A stretch of 64,000 nucleotides of DNA from Patescibacteria group bacterium (GCA_024654625.1 JANLHB010000005.1:7191-71190), one strand, 5' to 3'. Shown: positions 10,128-17,651, numbered from the stretch's first letter. Made by a program: numbers and translations. The notes: generated by a model not told the origin, from the sequence alone.

Positions 10128-10129
10128 TT

Positions 10130-11266
10130 TTATCTCCTTTCTATCCGCGGGGGCGGATGGTTTATTTTCCTCACCTTATCTTCAAGGTAAGTAAAAATTT
10201 CTTTTCTAGTCTCGCAGTAGTAGTATTTTCCTTTTACACCTCCTTTCCTATGCATTGTGCAACCGTTATGACAAGCTTTTTCCCATTTGCACATAATGCA
10301 ATCCTGATGCAGATCGTTCACACCTTTTGCATAATTCATTCTTTCTGATCCATTTAGTATATCTAAGAGCGAAGATCTCGAGATATCACCTAATAGGAAA
10401 TTAGGTTGACCTGATGACCTGTCGCATGGGTAAATTCTCCCATCGTATTCAAGACAGAAATATCCCGAGCATGAGCCGTTAAATGAACATCCAGAACTCT
10501 TTTTCCCGAAGATGACCGCGATAAAGTTTTCAATCTCGCGAAGAGCAAGATTAGGATCGTCTTTATCGAGCCAAAGATTGATCTGTTCTTTGAGAAATCT
10601 CGTCAGTTGCTTGTTTGTCAGACCATGGCTATTTGATTTTAAGCCATTTTGTTCCAGGTCAAGATATACGTTCGTGCCCCACTTCTTGATGCCAAGCTCA
10701 TCCGCAAAAAAATGAAAATTTTCTTTTGTGGATGAAAGACTGGAGGATGTAATAGTCTGAATAAATCCCGGTTTTATGCCGTGCTTACGGATGATCTCTA
10801 GCCCTCTCATTACTGAAGAAAATGTCCCTTTGTCGTTGTTGTTTTTTCTGAATCGGTCATGGCTTTCTTTGTTACCATCTAAGCTAATGCCCACTCGAAA
10901 CTGGTATTTTTTGAAGAGCTCAGCCCACTCGTCGTTGATAAGAGTAGCATTGGTCTGTATAAAGTTTTGAACTTTTTGACCGTTTCTGGTGTTAGACGAT
11001 TGAATACGGACGGCTTCTTCGAAGAAGGGGATACCTGCAAGCAATGGTTCTCCACCGTGCCAGATGAAAGAAAGATTTTCGTTAAAGAGAAGTATGTATT
11101 CGCTTAAAAACTTCTCTAACAGTTCAAAATCCATGATACTGTGAGTAGACTGATCTTTGTCGTTATAGAAGCAGTAGCCACAGCGAAGGTTGCAGTAATC
11201 TCCCGCTGGTTTTATGATTGGGACCATCGTTTTAAGTGGGGAAGTAAGTAACACCCGGTTTTTCAT
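10130..11266 (-). CDS. radical SAM enzyme with a SPASM domain (anSME / RiPP-maturase type)
   Basis: CNLRCGYC near the N-terminus. SPASM motifs: CSGYFCLEYDGRIYPCD and CIMCKWEKACHNGC. A strong SD, aaggaggataaaATG. Confidence 0.75.
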   Translation of the reverse strand: MKNRVLLTSPLKTMVPIIKPAGDYCNLRCGYCFYNDKDQSTHSIMDFELLEKFLSEYILLFNENLSFIWHGGEPLLAGIPFFEEAVRIQSSNTRNGQKVQNFIQTNATLINDEWAELFKKYQFRVGISLDGNKESHDRFRKNNNDKGTFSSVMRGLEIIRKHGIKPGFIQTITSSSLSSTKENFHFFADELGIKKWGTNVYLDLEQNGLKSNSHGLTNKQLTRFLKEQINLWLDKDDPNLALREIENFIAVIFGKKSSGCSFNGSCSGYFCLEYDGRIYPCDRSSGQPNFLLGDISRSSLLDILNGSERMNYAKGVNDLHQDCIMCKWEKACHNGCTMHRKGGVKGKYYYCETRKEIFTYLEDKVRKINHPPPRIERR

Positions 11267-11320
11267 TTTATCCTCCTTGCGTTGTATAGATAAAGGTTAT
11301 TTTTATTTTTTAAAGATCAT

Positions 11321-11350
11321 TTGACAAAGTACAGTTCTAATATGTATAAT
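11321..11350 (+). promoter_or_regulatory. sigma70-like promoter TTGACA-18-TATAAT that reads into HK-fragment copy 4 and the MntA/HepT pair
   Basis: ttgaca at 11321-11326 and tataat at 11345-11350. It lies in a divergent intergenic region shared with the minus-strand radical SAM gene. Confidence 0.5.
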
Positions 11351-11433
11351 GCATATATTATGATTGAAAGTCAACATCAACAAGTTGTAAGCGCCCTAGT
11401 TGTTTTTAATAAGAAATTGCTTCTTTTATAAAA

Positions 11434-11610
11434 GCAAAATCTTCGAGAAGTTCAACCGCACTAAAGACGCCTCCAAGTTCAACACCGAAGGCTCCGGCCT
11501 CGGCCTCTATGTGGCTAAAGAGTTCATCAATAAGCACAACGGCCGCCTCTGGGCGGAAAGCCCGGGGGAGGGCAAAGGGAGTACATTCTTCGTGGAATTG
11601 CCGAGGGGGG
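11434..11610 (+). pseudogene. histidine-kinase 3' fragment, copy 4
   Basis: IFEKFNRTKDASKFNTEGSGLGLYVAKEFINKHNGRLWAESPGEGKGSTFFVELPRG. Its end, ccgaggggggtggtagtATG, supplies an SD for the next gene. Confidence 0.75.
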
Positions 11611-11617
11611 TGGTAGT

Positions 11618-12088
11618 ATGGCGTTAGGAGGTATTTCCTGGTATAATGTTTCTATGAATTTATCCAGAGAGCAGAAAATTAAATTAGCTGATTTTGCCGA
11701 AGCAAATGGTATAAAGTTTATAGTTTTGTTCGGCTCGCAGTCTAGAAAAACTTCTAAAAAAGATAGTGATTTTGATATTGCTGTATTAACAACGCCGGAG
11801 AAGAGCATTTTTGAGAGTTTGGAAAATTATAATAATCTTTTGTTTGGCCTATCTGCTATCTTAGAAATACCGGATTATAAGTTTGATCTAACTGATCTGA
11901 ACAATGCTAATATATTGTTGAGATATGAGATTGTTTCGAGCGGGCAGTTATTGTTTGGAGATGAGATCGATTATCTTGAATTTAAATCTTTTGCGACTAG
12001 GGAGTATATTGACGCTAAGAGATTGTTTGATCTTGAAGATTTTTTAATCAAGAAAAAGCAACGATTACTTTCAGAAGTAGTTCTTTAA
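11618..12088 (+). CDS. nucleotidyltransferase, MntA-type antitoxin
   Basis: LFGSQSRKTSKKDSDFDIAVL (GS...D-x-D). It is paired with the downstream HEPN gene. Confidence 0.65.
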   Translation: MALGGISWYNVSMNLSREQKIKLADFAEANGIKFIVLFGSQSRKTSKKDSDFDIAVLTTPEKSIFESLENYNNLLFGLSAILEIPDYKFDLTDLNNANILLRYEIVSSGQLLFGDEIDYLEFKSFATREYIDAKRLFDLEDFLIKKKQRLLSEVVL

Positions 12089-12093
12089 TTACT

Positions 12094-12561
12094 ATGATAA
12101 AAGAAGATTTTGTAAAAAGGAAAATATCATTGATCCAAGATGAACTCAGTAATCTTGAGCGTCTTTCGCATTATTCTTTTGATGAGATAGCAAGCGACCC
12201 CATAAAGCAGGGAGCATTGGAACGCTTTCTTGAAAGGGTTATTAATAGAGCAATAGATATCAATAATCATATTATCGCAGAGCTTGCAGGTCTTGATACT
12301 GCTACGCCGAAGGATTACACAGATAGTTTCTTGGAGTTGGCGAAGTTGGGTATCTATACTAAAGAGTTTGCGGAAAGTATTTCTAAAAGTGCTGGAACGA
12401 GAAATGTGCTTGTGCATGAATATGATAAAATTGACCAGACTAGGATTTATAATTCAGTCGCGGATTGCTTGCGTGATTATCATAAATATTGCGGATACAT
12501 TTTAGAGTTTCTTGAAAAACAACCAAAGGAGAAATACAACCAAAGGAGAAATAATTTGTGA
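12094..12561 (+). CDS. HepT/DUF86 HEPN-domain toxin
   Basis: R-x4-HEY motif RNVLVHEYD. Confidence 0.65.
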   Translation: MIKEDFVKRKISLIQDELSNLERLSHYSFDEIASDPIKQGALERFLERVINRAIDINNHIIAELAGLDTATPKDYTDSFLELAKLGIYTKEFAESISKSAGTRNVLVHEYDKIDQTRIYNSVADCLRDYHKYCGYILEFLEKQPKEKYNQRRNNL

Positions 12562-12576
12562 GGAGCTTGCTGGTGT

Positions 12577-12668
12577 CACGCCGTGGCGGGATAAAAAGAG
12601 GAAGGCTCGCCCGGATGAACCCGTTCGGACGGGGTAGCACATTCTTCGTGGAGTTGCCGAGGGGGTAG
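12577..12668 (+). pseudogene. histidine-kinase 3' fragment, copy 5 (only the last ~35 nt of the CDS plus the same cgccgtggcgggataaaaag element as copy 2 and a second small hairpin)
   Basis: cacgccgtggcgggataaaaag...cccgttcggacgggg tagcacattcttcgtggagttgccgagggggtag. Confidence 0.7.
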
Positions 12669-12677
12669 GGGATAGTT

Positions 12678-13085
12678 TTACTTTTTGATGAGATGATAAA
12701 TTTCCTTGATATATTCTTTTAGATTGTTATAGCTCAATACCGAAGATACCTCATTTGTCGGTACCCATTTAATGTCATCCCCTTTAAATTCCGGCCTTAA
12801 GAGGGTGTCGTCCTCAGATTGCACTAGAAACATTTTTATTGAAATATTATTTCCATTTGGATGTGTGTAATTTATGTCCGGTAAATCGCATAAAATTTCT
12901 ACTAATAGCCCTGTCTCCTCTTTAACTTCTCTAATCATTGCGTTAGTCGGATCCTCACCATCCTCAATGTGTCCCTTGGGAAAGGACCAATCTTTTTGTT
13001 TCCCACTATAAAGCAGGGCAATTTTACTTTGATCATCCTTACTCAAAATAATAGCGCCGGCTTTCTGGATTAATTTAATAGTCAT
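12678..13085 (-). CDS. NUDIX hydrolase
   Basis: Nudix box GHIEDGEDPTNAMIREVKEETGL. Confidence 0.7.
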   Translation of the reverse strand: MTIKLIQKAGAIILSKDDQSKIALLYSGKQKDWSFPKGHIEDGEDPTNAMIREVKEETGLLVEILCDLPDINYTHPNGNNISIKMFLVQSEDDTLLRPEFKGDDIKWVPTNEVSSVLSYNNLKEYIKEIYHLIKK

Positions 13086-13135
13086 AGTTAGTATTACACT
13101 ATATCACTTATATACCTTTTAGGTTGCAGGTACCC

Positions 13136-13831
13136 CTATTGGGTGATTTTTTTTGCAATTAAAATTAGCCTTGGACTGGTCAAAGAATATTCACTAAAAT
13201 CATAGTTGCCGATAACACGCTCAACAGAAAAACCGGATTTTTCCATCCATTGACTCCAAACAGGATAAGGTGGGTATGGAATTCTAAGATTAGCTTTTTT
13301 ATCGATAAGCTCTAATTTTTTCGCATCAAATGCAAATGGCGAGTTAGGATTTTTCTCAAGGTAAGAAACGATCCTAAATAAATTATCCGTATCAATCAGA
13401 ATTTTGCCTCCGGGTTTAATGTTGCGACCTATTGAAGAGACTGCCTTTTCAATGTTGATGTTGGCTAAGTCGGAGAAAAACCAGTATGCCTTGTCATATT
13501 TCTTTCTTAACTTTAGTTGTTCAATATTGGCTTTATAATAATTCGGCGTTCTTTTGCCGGATTTTTTAGATTCATCTTTTGCTTTACTAAGTAGGTATTT
13601 AGAAAAATCAACACCGTCTACTAAATAACCTCTTTCACTTAGGGCTTTTGTGTGGCGACCTTGCCCGCAAGCAATATCAAAGATGGTATCATTTTTTTTA
13701 AGACTAAGAGCTTTAATTAAAAAGTCAGAATCTTTCTTTATACTTGCTGAAGTTAGAAATGAATCATGATCCTTTAAATAATCACCCTTTTCTCCGTAGT
13801 ATTTAGATAAAAATTCTTTAGATTTTGACAT
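13136..13831 (-). CDS. class I SAM-dependent methyltransferase
   Basis: Motif I IFDIACGQGRHT. The length is 231 aa. Confidence 0.65.
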   Translation of the reverse strand: MSKSKEFLSKYYGEKGDYLKDHDSFLTSASIKKDSDFLIKALSLKKNDTIFDIACGQGRHTKALSERGYLVDGVDFSKYLLSKAKDESKKSGKRTPNYYKANIEQLKLRKKYDKAYWFFSDLANINIEKAVSSIGRNIKPGGKILIDTDNLFRIVSYLEKNPNSPFAFDAKKLELIDKKANLRIPYPPYPVWSQWMEKSGFSVERVIGNYDFSEYSLTSPRLILIAKKITQ

Positions 13832-13904
13832 GGTGTATTCTTATATGTATTAATATACTGGATAATATATCAAATAGAAGGTAAAGATGATAGTATGTAT
13901 AATG

Positions 13905-13938
13905 TGACCCATTCTTCGTGGAGTTGTCGTAGGGGAGA
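13905..13938 (+). repeat. histidine-kinase 3' fragment, copy 6 (shortest remnant: tgacccattcttcgtggagttgtcgtagggg)
   Basis: It matches the terminal ~30 nt of the other copies. It is preceded by tatgtataatg, the same -10 context that lies upstream of copy 4. Confidence 0.65.
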
Positions 13939-13977
13939 GAGTAGATTTGATAATAGTTTTTATGGTATAATGTTCTT

Positions 13978-14268
13978 ATGGAAAAAGACGTTATTATTAA
14001 AAAATTGGATAAAAGCCTGTCGGTTTTGAAAGAGAAATACAATGTGAGAAGCATTGGTGTTTTCGGTTCGTATGTAAGAAATGAGGCAAAGGCAGGGAGT
14101 GATTTGGATATTTTAGTCACATTTGAAAAGCCGATAGGATTGTTAAAATTTATAGAACTGGAAAATTATCTCTCAGAATTGACAGGAATAAAAGTTGATT
14201 TGGTATCTCAGAAAGCGCTTAAGCCCAGGATAGGAAAGCAGATATTGGAAGAAGTGGTGAATGTCTGA
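13978..14268 (+). CDS. nucleotidyltransferase, MntA-type antitoxin (second copy, a divergent paralog)
   Basis: VFGSYVRNEAKAGSDLDILV. Confidence 0.65.
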   Translation: MEKDVIIKKLDKSLSVLKEKYNVRSIGVFGSYVRNEAKAGSDLDILVTFEKPIGLLKFIELENYLSELTGIKVDLVSQKALKPRIGKQILEEVVNV

Positions 14269-14623
14269 TCTTATGAAAAGAGATTATCTGGATTATCTTC
14301 AAGATATTATTGACTCAATAAATGACATTGAGAGTTTTGTTGGTGGGATGAATTTTAATTCGTTTGAAAAAGATAAAAAAACTATGAATGCGGTTGTAAG
14401 GAGCTTAGAGATAATCGGCGAAGCTGTTAAGAAAATACCGGAAGATGTGAAGGATAAGTACTCAGATATTCCATGGAAGAATATGTCGGGCATGAGAGAT
14501 AAACTAATCCATGAATACTTTGGCATTGATGAAGAGATTGTTTGGAATGTTGCAATAGAAGAATTGCCTCCTCTTGGGTCATTGTTTAAAAAAATTTTAA
14601 CAGAATCGGGGACGGAGGAATAA
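14261..14623 (+). CDS. HepT/DUF86 HEPN toxin (second copy)
   Basis: RDKLIHEYFGID. Confidence 0.65.
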   Translation: MSDLMKRDYLDYLQDIIDSINDIESFVGGMNFNSFEKDKKTMNAVVRSLEIIGEAVKKIPEDVKDKYSDIPWKNMSGMRDKLIHEYFGIDEEIVWNVAIEELPPLGSLFKKILTESGTEE

Positions 14624-14627
14624 GGCC

Positions 14628-15377
14628 ATGCATATACTAAGGACAAGATTTAAAAAAGAGATAGTGGCTGAATTCTTACCTCCATCAAGGATGTTAAAAG
14701 AGAATAAAGTTATCATCTTTTGCCAGGGGATGCCTAGTGGATCTTCAAAGAAAGACCTTCTCGAATTCTTTAGTAAGAAGGGATACTGGGTATTTCACCC
14801 GCGTTATAGAGGTTCATGGGAGAGTGGAGGCGAATTCCTGAAGCTTTCGCCTCATCAAGATATCTTGGACATTATAGAGCAATTGCCAAAAGGGTTCCGT
14901 AGCGCGTGGGACGGTAAACTCTTTAAGGTGAATCCGGATAAAGTTTATCTTTTTGGTTCAAGTTTTGGCGGTCCGGCCGCTATTCTTGCTTCAGGGTATC
15001 CTTTAGTAGATAAGGTGGTGGTGTTTTCTCCCGTTATCGATTGGAGGTCTCCAAGTAAGGTGGAGCCTCTTGATCAACTGGGCAGGTTCGTCAAGACTGG
15101 TTTCGGAGAAGCTTATCGTTTTCCGATCAAAAATTGGAATAAATTAAAAAATGGCAAATTCTATAATCCTATTGCCGAGACAAAGGATATAGATGGGAAG
15201 AAAATATTTATCATCCACGCTAAAGACGACGAAGTGGTGTCATACATACCCTCAAAAAAATTCTCAGAAAAGACAGGCTGTAAGCTGGTTTTACTGAAAA
15301 AGGGAGGGCATTTATCAGCAAAAAATTTCATCAAAAAGAGTTTCTATAAAAAAATAAGGTGGTTTATTAAAGAGTAA
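14628..15377 (+). CDS. alpha/beta hydrolase (dienelactone hydrolase / S9 peptidase-like)
   Basis: Nucleophile elbow LFGSSFGG (G-x-S-x-G). Confidence 0.5.
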   Translation: MHILRTRFKKEIVAEFLPPSRMLKENKVIIFCQGMPSGSSKKDLLEFFSKKGYWVFHPRYRGSWESGGEFLKLSPHQDILDIIEQLPKGFRSAWDGKLFKVNPDKVYLFGSSFGGPAAILASGYPLVDKVVVFSPVIDWRSPSKVEPLDQLGRFVKTGFGEAYRFPIKNWNKLKNGKFYNPIAETKDIDGKKIFIIHAKDDEVVSYIPSKKFSEKTGCKLVLLKKGGHLSAKNFIKKSFYKKIRWFIKE

Positions 15378-15383
15378 TTATTA

Positions 15384-15671
15384 ATGACCAAAAAATTTCA
15401 GCGGAATATTGAGGACTTCGTGTGCGGGCATTGCGGGGCGAGAGTCAGGGGCAACGGCTACACTAACCATTGCCCCAAGTGCCTGTGGAGCAAGCATGTG
15501 GATGTGAACCCGGGCGACAGGGGAGCGGACTGCGGAGGGATGATGAAGCCCGTTTCTGCCGAGCAGAAGAGTGGAGAGTGGCGGATCCTCCATAAGTGTG
15601 AGAAATGCGGACATGAGAAGATAAACAGGCTATCAAAAGATGACGACTTTGATAAAGTGACGAAGATGTAA
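15384..15671 (+). CDS. RNHCP-domain zinc-ribbon protein
   Basis: CGHCG...TNHCPKC...CEKCGH. The gene is GC-rich compared with its flanks. Confidence 0.45.
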   Translation: MTKKFQRNIEDFVCGHCGARVRGNGYTNHCPKCLWSKHVDVNPGDRGADCGGMMKPVSAEQKSGEWRILHKCEKCGHEKINRLSKDDDFDKVTKM

Positions 15672-15711
15672 TCTTAACCTCGATATAAGTTCGTGATATA
15701 ATTACCTCGTT

Positions 15712-17514
15712 GTGACGGAAAATAAAAAACGAACAAAAAATAATAAAAAATTTTACGCGGGGTTTATAGTCACTTTGCGTTACTTGGCTGAGTATAAGAA
15801 TGATATAATCTTACTTTCTGTTCTCGGTGTAATCTCCGCGCTTGCCAACGGAGCAGTGCCTTACTTAGTGGGGCGTCTCTTTGATGCAATCATCTCTCCG
15901 GGGGTAATCTTTGTCGGCACCTCAATAGAGATGCCCTTCTGGCTCTTCTTTGTAATTATATGGGGAATAGCTCAGTTTATTGCTAATTTTGTCGACTGGA
16001 GGAGCGGTATAAGAAGCAATGAAATAAGTACCAACATGCATAGCGGTTATGTTATTAAGGGATTTAATCGTTTGCTGGAGTTACCGATGTCTTTCCATAA
16101 AGAACATAAGGTTGGTGAAGTTGGGGAGAAGATAAACAGAGCAGCTAATGCTTTTTTTGATATGACATATAGTGTGATCATTACTCTTGCTCCTCAGTTC
16201 TTGAGTATCTTTATCGCTTTTGCGATAGCGCTGTATCTAAATTATATCCTTGCTGGTGTGATGTTCTTCGGGGTCGTCGCCTATGTAGTAGTTATGCTAA
16301 ATGCAGCCCCGCCAATCGCTGTTCTCTCTAGGAAAATGAATAAAACTTATGGCAGGGTTTACGGTGATTCTTACGATGCCATATTTAATGCTCAGGCTAT
16401 CAAGCAGGCAACAGCTGAGAACTATGAACAAAGAAATATAACCAATAGATTTAAGAATCAAGCTGGTCGACTTTATATTAATATGATGCGCGGTTGGCAG
16501 GGGCTGACTTTCTACCAGAGAGTGATTGTCATGTTCACTCAACTCACAGTTTTTGTGTTATCGACCGCCTTTATTCAGAACGGGTCTATGACTATAGGAG
16601 AGCTCGTGATGTTTAATGGATACGCCATGATGTTTTTCGGGCCTTTTGTGGTGTTGGGAAATAATTGGCAAGTGGTGCAGAATGGATTGACTGCTATTGA
16701 ACAGGCTGAAAAAATATTATCCACTCCTGCTGAAAATTATGAACCTGAAAATGCGGTGATACTTGATGACATAAAAGGCGAGGTTGAGTTTAAGGATGTC
16801 TATTTCTCCTACGATAAGAAAGGAAAGTATGTCTTGAATGATATAAATATCAAAGTGAACCCCGGGGAGGTGGTGGCGCTTGTCGGCGAGTCGGGTGTGG
16901 GGAAGAGTACCCTTATAGACCTTATCTCCGGATATCATTTTGCGGATAAAGGGAAAGTGTTGATAGACGGTCATAATGTGAAGCAGTTTAACTTGAAGTT
17001 CCTCCGCTCCAAGATAGGGGTGGTGCCTCAAGAGGTAGTCCTCTTCAACGAAGCGATAAAGGTGAATATTAAGTACGGCAGTTTCGGCGCTTCTCTTCGT
17101 GATGTGAAGAGGGCGGCGGAAGATGCTCACTGCACCAGCTTCATTGAAAAATTCCCCAAGAAGTGGGACCAGGTTGTGGGGGAGCGCGGAGTGAAGCTCT
17201 CCGTGGGGCAGAAGCAGAGGGTGGCTATTGCCCGAGCGATACTCCGTGACCCGAAGATTTTAATCCTTGATGAGCCGACCTCCGCGCTTGACGCCAAGTC
17301 GGAGAAGATCATCCAAGAGTCCCTAGAGAGACTGATGAAAGGGAAGACAACCTTCATTATCGCCCACAGGCTAAGCACGGTAAGAAAGGCGGATAAGATT
17401 ATCGTCTTTGAGAAAGGCCGGATTGTGGAAATGGGCAAACACGATGAGCTTATAAAAAAAGAAAATGGTGTGTATCGGAACCTTCATGAATTCCAAGTGG
17501 GGCTGAATGATTAA
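15712..17514 (+). CDS. ABC transporter, fused permease/ATPase (type I exporter, MsbA-like)
   Basis: Six predicted TM helices. Walker A GESGVGKST, signature LSVGQKQR and Walker B ILILDE. Confidence 0.8.
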   Translation: MTENKKRTKNNKKFYAGFIVTLRYLAEYKNDIILLSVLGVISALANGAVPYLVGRLFDAIISPGVIFVGTSIEMPFWLFFVIIWGIAQFIANFVDWRSGIRSNEISTNMHSGYVIKGFNRLLELPMSFHKEHKVGEVGEKINRAANAFFDMTYSVIITLAPQFLSIFIAFAIALYLNYILAGVMFFGVVAYVVVMLNAAPPIAVLSRKMNKTYGRVYGDSYDAIFNAQAIKQATAENYEQRNITNRFKNQAGRLYINMMRGWQGLTFYQRVIVMFTQLTVFVLSTAFIQNGSMTIGELVMFNGYAMMFFGPFVVLGNNWQVVQNGLTAIEQAEKILSTPAENYEPENAVILDDIKGEVEFKDVYFSYDKKGKYVLNDINIKVNPGEVVALVGESGVGKSTLIDLISGYHFADKGKVLIDGHNVKQFNLKFLRSKIGVVPQEVVLFNEAIKVNIKYGSFGASLRDVKRAAEDAHCTSFIEKFPKKWDQVVGERGVKLSVGQKQRVAIARAILRDPKILILDEPTSALDAKSEKIIQESLERLMKGKTTFIIAHRLSTVRKADKIIVFEKGRIVEMGKHDELIKKENGVYRNLHEFQVGLND

Positions 17515-17572
17515 TAAAAACACATCTCCATTCATTTGGTCCACTTGGAAACCGAGTTTCCAAGTCCAAGTG

Positions 17573-17596
17573 TTCAATCCGCCACGGCGGATTGAA
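17573..17596. repeat. REP-like palindrome ttcaatccgccacggcggattgaa. Family members lie at 38296-38321 and, as a half-copy, at 60998-61014.
   Basis: Perfect inverted repeats with a GC core and AT-rich flanks. All copies are intergenic. Confidence 0.55.
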
Positions 17597-17610
17597 TAAA
17601 TAAGATAAAA

Positions 17611-17651
17611 ACACCCCATTTGGAGATCGAATCTCCAAATGGGGTGTTTTT
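17611..17651. terminator. bidirectional rho-independent terminator (17-bp stem flanked by an A-run and a T-run)
   Basis: aaaaacaccccatttggagatcgaatctccaaatggggtgttttt, lying between convergent genes. Confidence 0.7.

Noticed and set aside
9955-10194. Plus-strand 79-aa ORF (MSPHPGSPPPRSSQLPHW...) overlapping the minus-strand Trp-rich peptide gene.
   Set aside because: It is antisense to an ORF that has a perfect SD and is translationally coupled to the radical SAM gene. The Pro/Ser-rich product is typical of antisense reading of a Gly/Trp/Asp-rich gene. It has no RBS.
10109-10970. Plus-strand ORFs (10109-10348, 10512-10715 and 10776-10970) inside the minus-strand radical SAM gene.
   Set aside because: They are antisense to a gene with clear radical SAM and SPASM motifs. 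They have no RBS and no motifs.
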